Source: a virus (taxonomy: Duplodnaviria > Heunggongvirae > Uroviricota > Caudoviricetes > Demerecviridae). From it: DNA of 64,000 nucleotides. The stretch spans positions 48,928 to 112,927 of IMG/VR virus record IMGVR_UViG_2974620381_000001; one strand, 5' to 3'. Under the pieces are notes generated by a model. It saw nothing but the letters and a program-made list of their open reading frames with translations. It ran no database searches and was not told where the DNA came from. Numbering within the stretch: the first letter of the stretch is position 1; every line of letters begins with the position of its first letter. Positions 62,733 through 64,000 of this stretch are shown in pieces. A program made the position numbers and the translations under genes.

Positions 62733-63087
62733 GCGCCACCTTTCGAAACGCTGTTTCAATACTATCCGCAGTGGATTGAATATACGCGCCTTTCATTATC
62801 AGGCGCTCGGTGCATATCTTGCGGAAAATATTAATAAAATCATCTTCATTTTCTGCAATTAACGCTTCACCCATGACCTGAATATCACAAGATGCGAAAG
62901 TCAAAAATTGAAACGCTAGTTCACGGGCAACGACCGCATTGATTTTATAATGCGCGTTGCCTTCATAAATATTAATAACGCCCTTATAAGCTGGGGAAAG
63001 CTGGTTTAAATAGTTTGCTAATAATGCCGGACGGCAATTAGCAACAAAGCGATTGCCTTCATAAATTATCATTTGCATAGCTCCCAA
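62728..63087 (-). CDS. hypothetical protein
   Basis: 119-aa ORF; start ATG overlaps stop of an upstream 39-aa hydrophobic ORF (63077-63196). Confidence 0.45.
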   Translation of the reverse strand: MGAMQMIIYEGNRFVANCRPALLANYLNQLSPAYKGVINIYEGNAHYKINAVVARELAFQFLTFASCDIQVMGEALIAENEDDFINIFRKICTERLIMKGAYIQSTADSIETAFRKVAQ

Positions 63088-63726
63088 ATAGTTCCGCCGA
63101 TGATCATTAGCTGACTAATAATTATCAGAATAAAACCAATTGAAGGCAGGACGCCCCAAAAACGAAAAGCCGTTTTAATTTGCTGAATCATTTGACAGCC
63201 TCCCGATTAGATAGCCAGATAAAAGCATAAAAATCCCCAGTAAAAGGGGATCATTCTTAAATAGGGTGGCGGTAAAACCGCCCACCATTGCAAGGAGAAT
63301 AACAATAACGCTTTTCATAGTACCCCACGAAACGCAGCGTAAAAGGTGGCAAAATGTTTAACCGTTTCAGCGATCACGTTGCCACGCTTATCAAATTTCT
63401 TTTCTGTAACACGGAAGGCGTTTTTATTCCGCGCTACATAATTCGATTTTACAATCAGGACGCTCAAACGTGTTTACATCCACCAGCTTAAAGCCTTTCG
63501 AACGAGCAAGAGAAACGTTGCGGATCATTTTTATTCTCCTTTACTAGTCATGCAGCCCAGCAGATAAGAAAAAACGGCGATACCCGCGCCGACAATAACG
63601 GCGTGAACACCGAAAGCTATTGCAAACAACGATAAAATAGCGCCCAAGATACCCGCTAAAATAGCTCTAAAAATAACCATTTTCATCCTCCTAGTTAGCG
63701 GGGCGAAAATAACGCCCCGTTATTAA

Positions 63727-63958
63727 TTACATTAAAACAATTTTAGCGGCTTGTTTTTTGGTGCAATGTTCCGCCTTCAGGGTATCCAGCAAAAAGCCAG
63801 CCGTTTGCTGATCGATTTTATCGGCGTTATACAATTCTTGGATGGTATTATAAGTTTTAGCAATGCCGTATTCTTGCACCATTTCGTGAATAATAACGCG
63901 ATTAGATACCCAGCCTTGAGCGGTAAACAGATGACTAGCAGAAGAATAAGCAACCATT
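63727..63958 (-). CDS. hypothetical protein
   Basis: 77 aa from ATG after GGAGGC SD (track start further upstream). Confidence 0.4.
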
Positions 63959-64000
63959 TTAAGCCTCCAAATTTTTGGGAAAATTTTCAACCGCCCTCAA

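Noticed and set aside
62350-64000. Possibility that the GC-richer tail is host chromosome or a prophage junction
   Set aside because: Gene style (tiny overlapping ORFs, hydrophobic peptides) and position after an iss-like repeat block fit T5-family terminal-repeat pre-early genes better than a host junction. It cannot be excluded without a database search.

Overview
This window reads as the early region of a T5-like (Tequintavirus-type) lytic siphophage, shown reverse-complemented relative to the usual T5 map. All protein calls rest on motifs recognised by eye in the six-frame ORF track. No database search was run.

- **1-17.6 kb, minus strand: replication module.** It holds the N-terminal half of the DNA polymerase (TTG start), a Zn-finger/TOPRIM primase, a DnaB-like helicase, and an NAD-dependent DNA ligase split into two genes. 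It also holds an SF2 helicase that may be an origin-binding protein, a Sir2-like protein, a HAD phosphatase and anaerobic RNR NrdD.
- **17.9-30.6 kb, plus strand: nucleotide-metabolism operons** (PhoH, NrdA, NrdB, DHFR, ThyA, an HNH endonuclease, RNase H). Each block is driven by a highly conserved T5-type early promoter, roughly TTGCTa-17 bp-TATAATAtatt.
- **30.8-43.8 kb: tRNA region.** I could fold about 25 tRNAs by hand. Interleaved with them are small ORFs, an HNH homing endonuclease, and an SPFH/band-7 gene. There is also a convergent pair of low-complexity (Q/N- and Gly-rich) proteins, and several tRNA-like or structured non-coding elements that do not fold canonically.
- **43.8-60.6 kb:** many small accessory ORFs, among them a GrcA/YfiD-like glycyl-radical spare part, dNMP kinase, a ClpP-like protease, and holin plus endolysin (M15 L-Ala-D-Glu peptidase). 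It also holds a thioredoxin, two metallophosphatases and numerous small membrane peptides.
- **60.65-62.35 kb: a 1.7-kb non-coding block, which I consider the most interesting part of the window.** It contains nine copies of the iteron GTCGGATTTGCACA, a DnaA-box cluster, a G-poor polypyrimidine tract of about 170 nt and palindromic AAATGAGAAT repeats, plus a promoter-to-terminator small RNA. I interpret it as an injection-stop-signal or origin-like region at a terminal-repeat boundary. It is followed by small minus-strand pre-early-type ORFs (62.36-64.0 kb).
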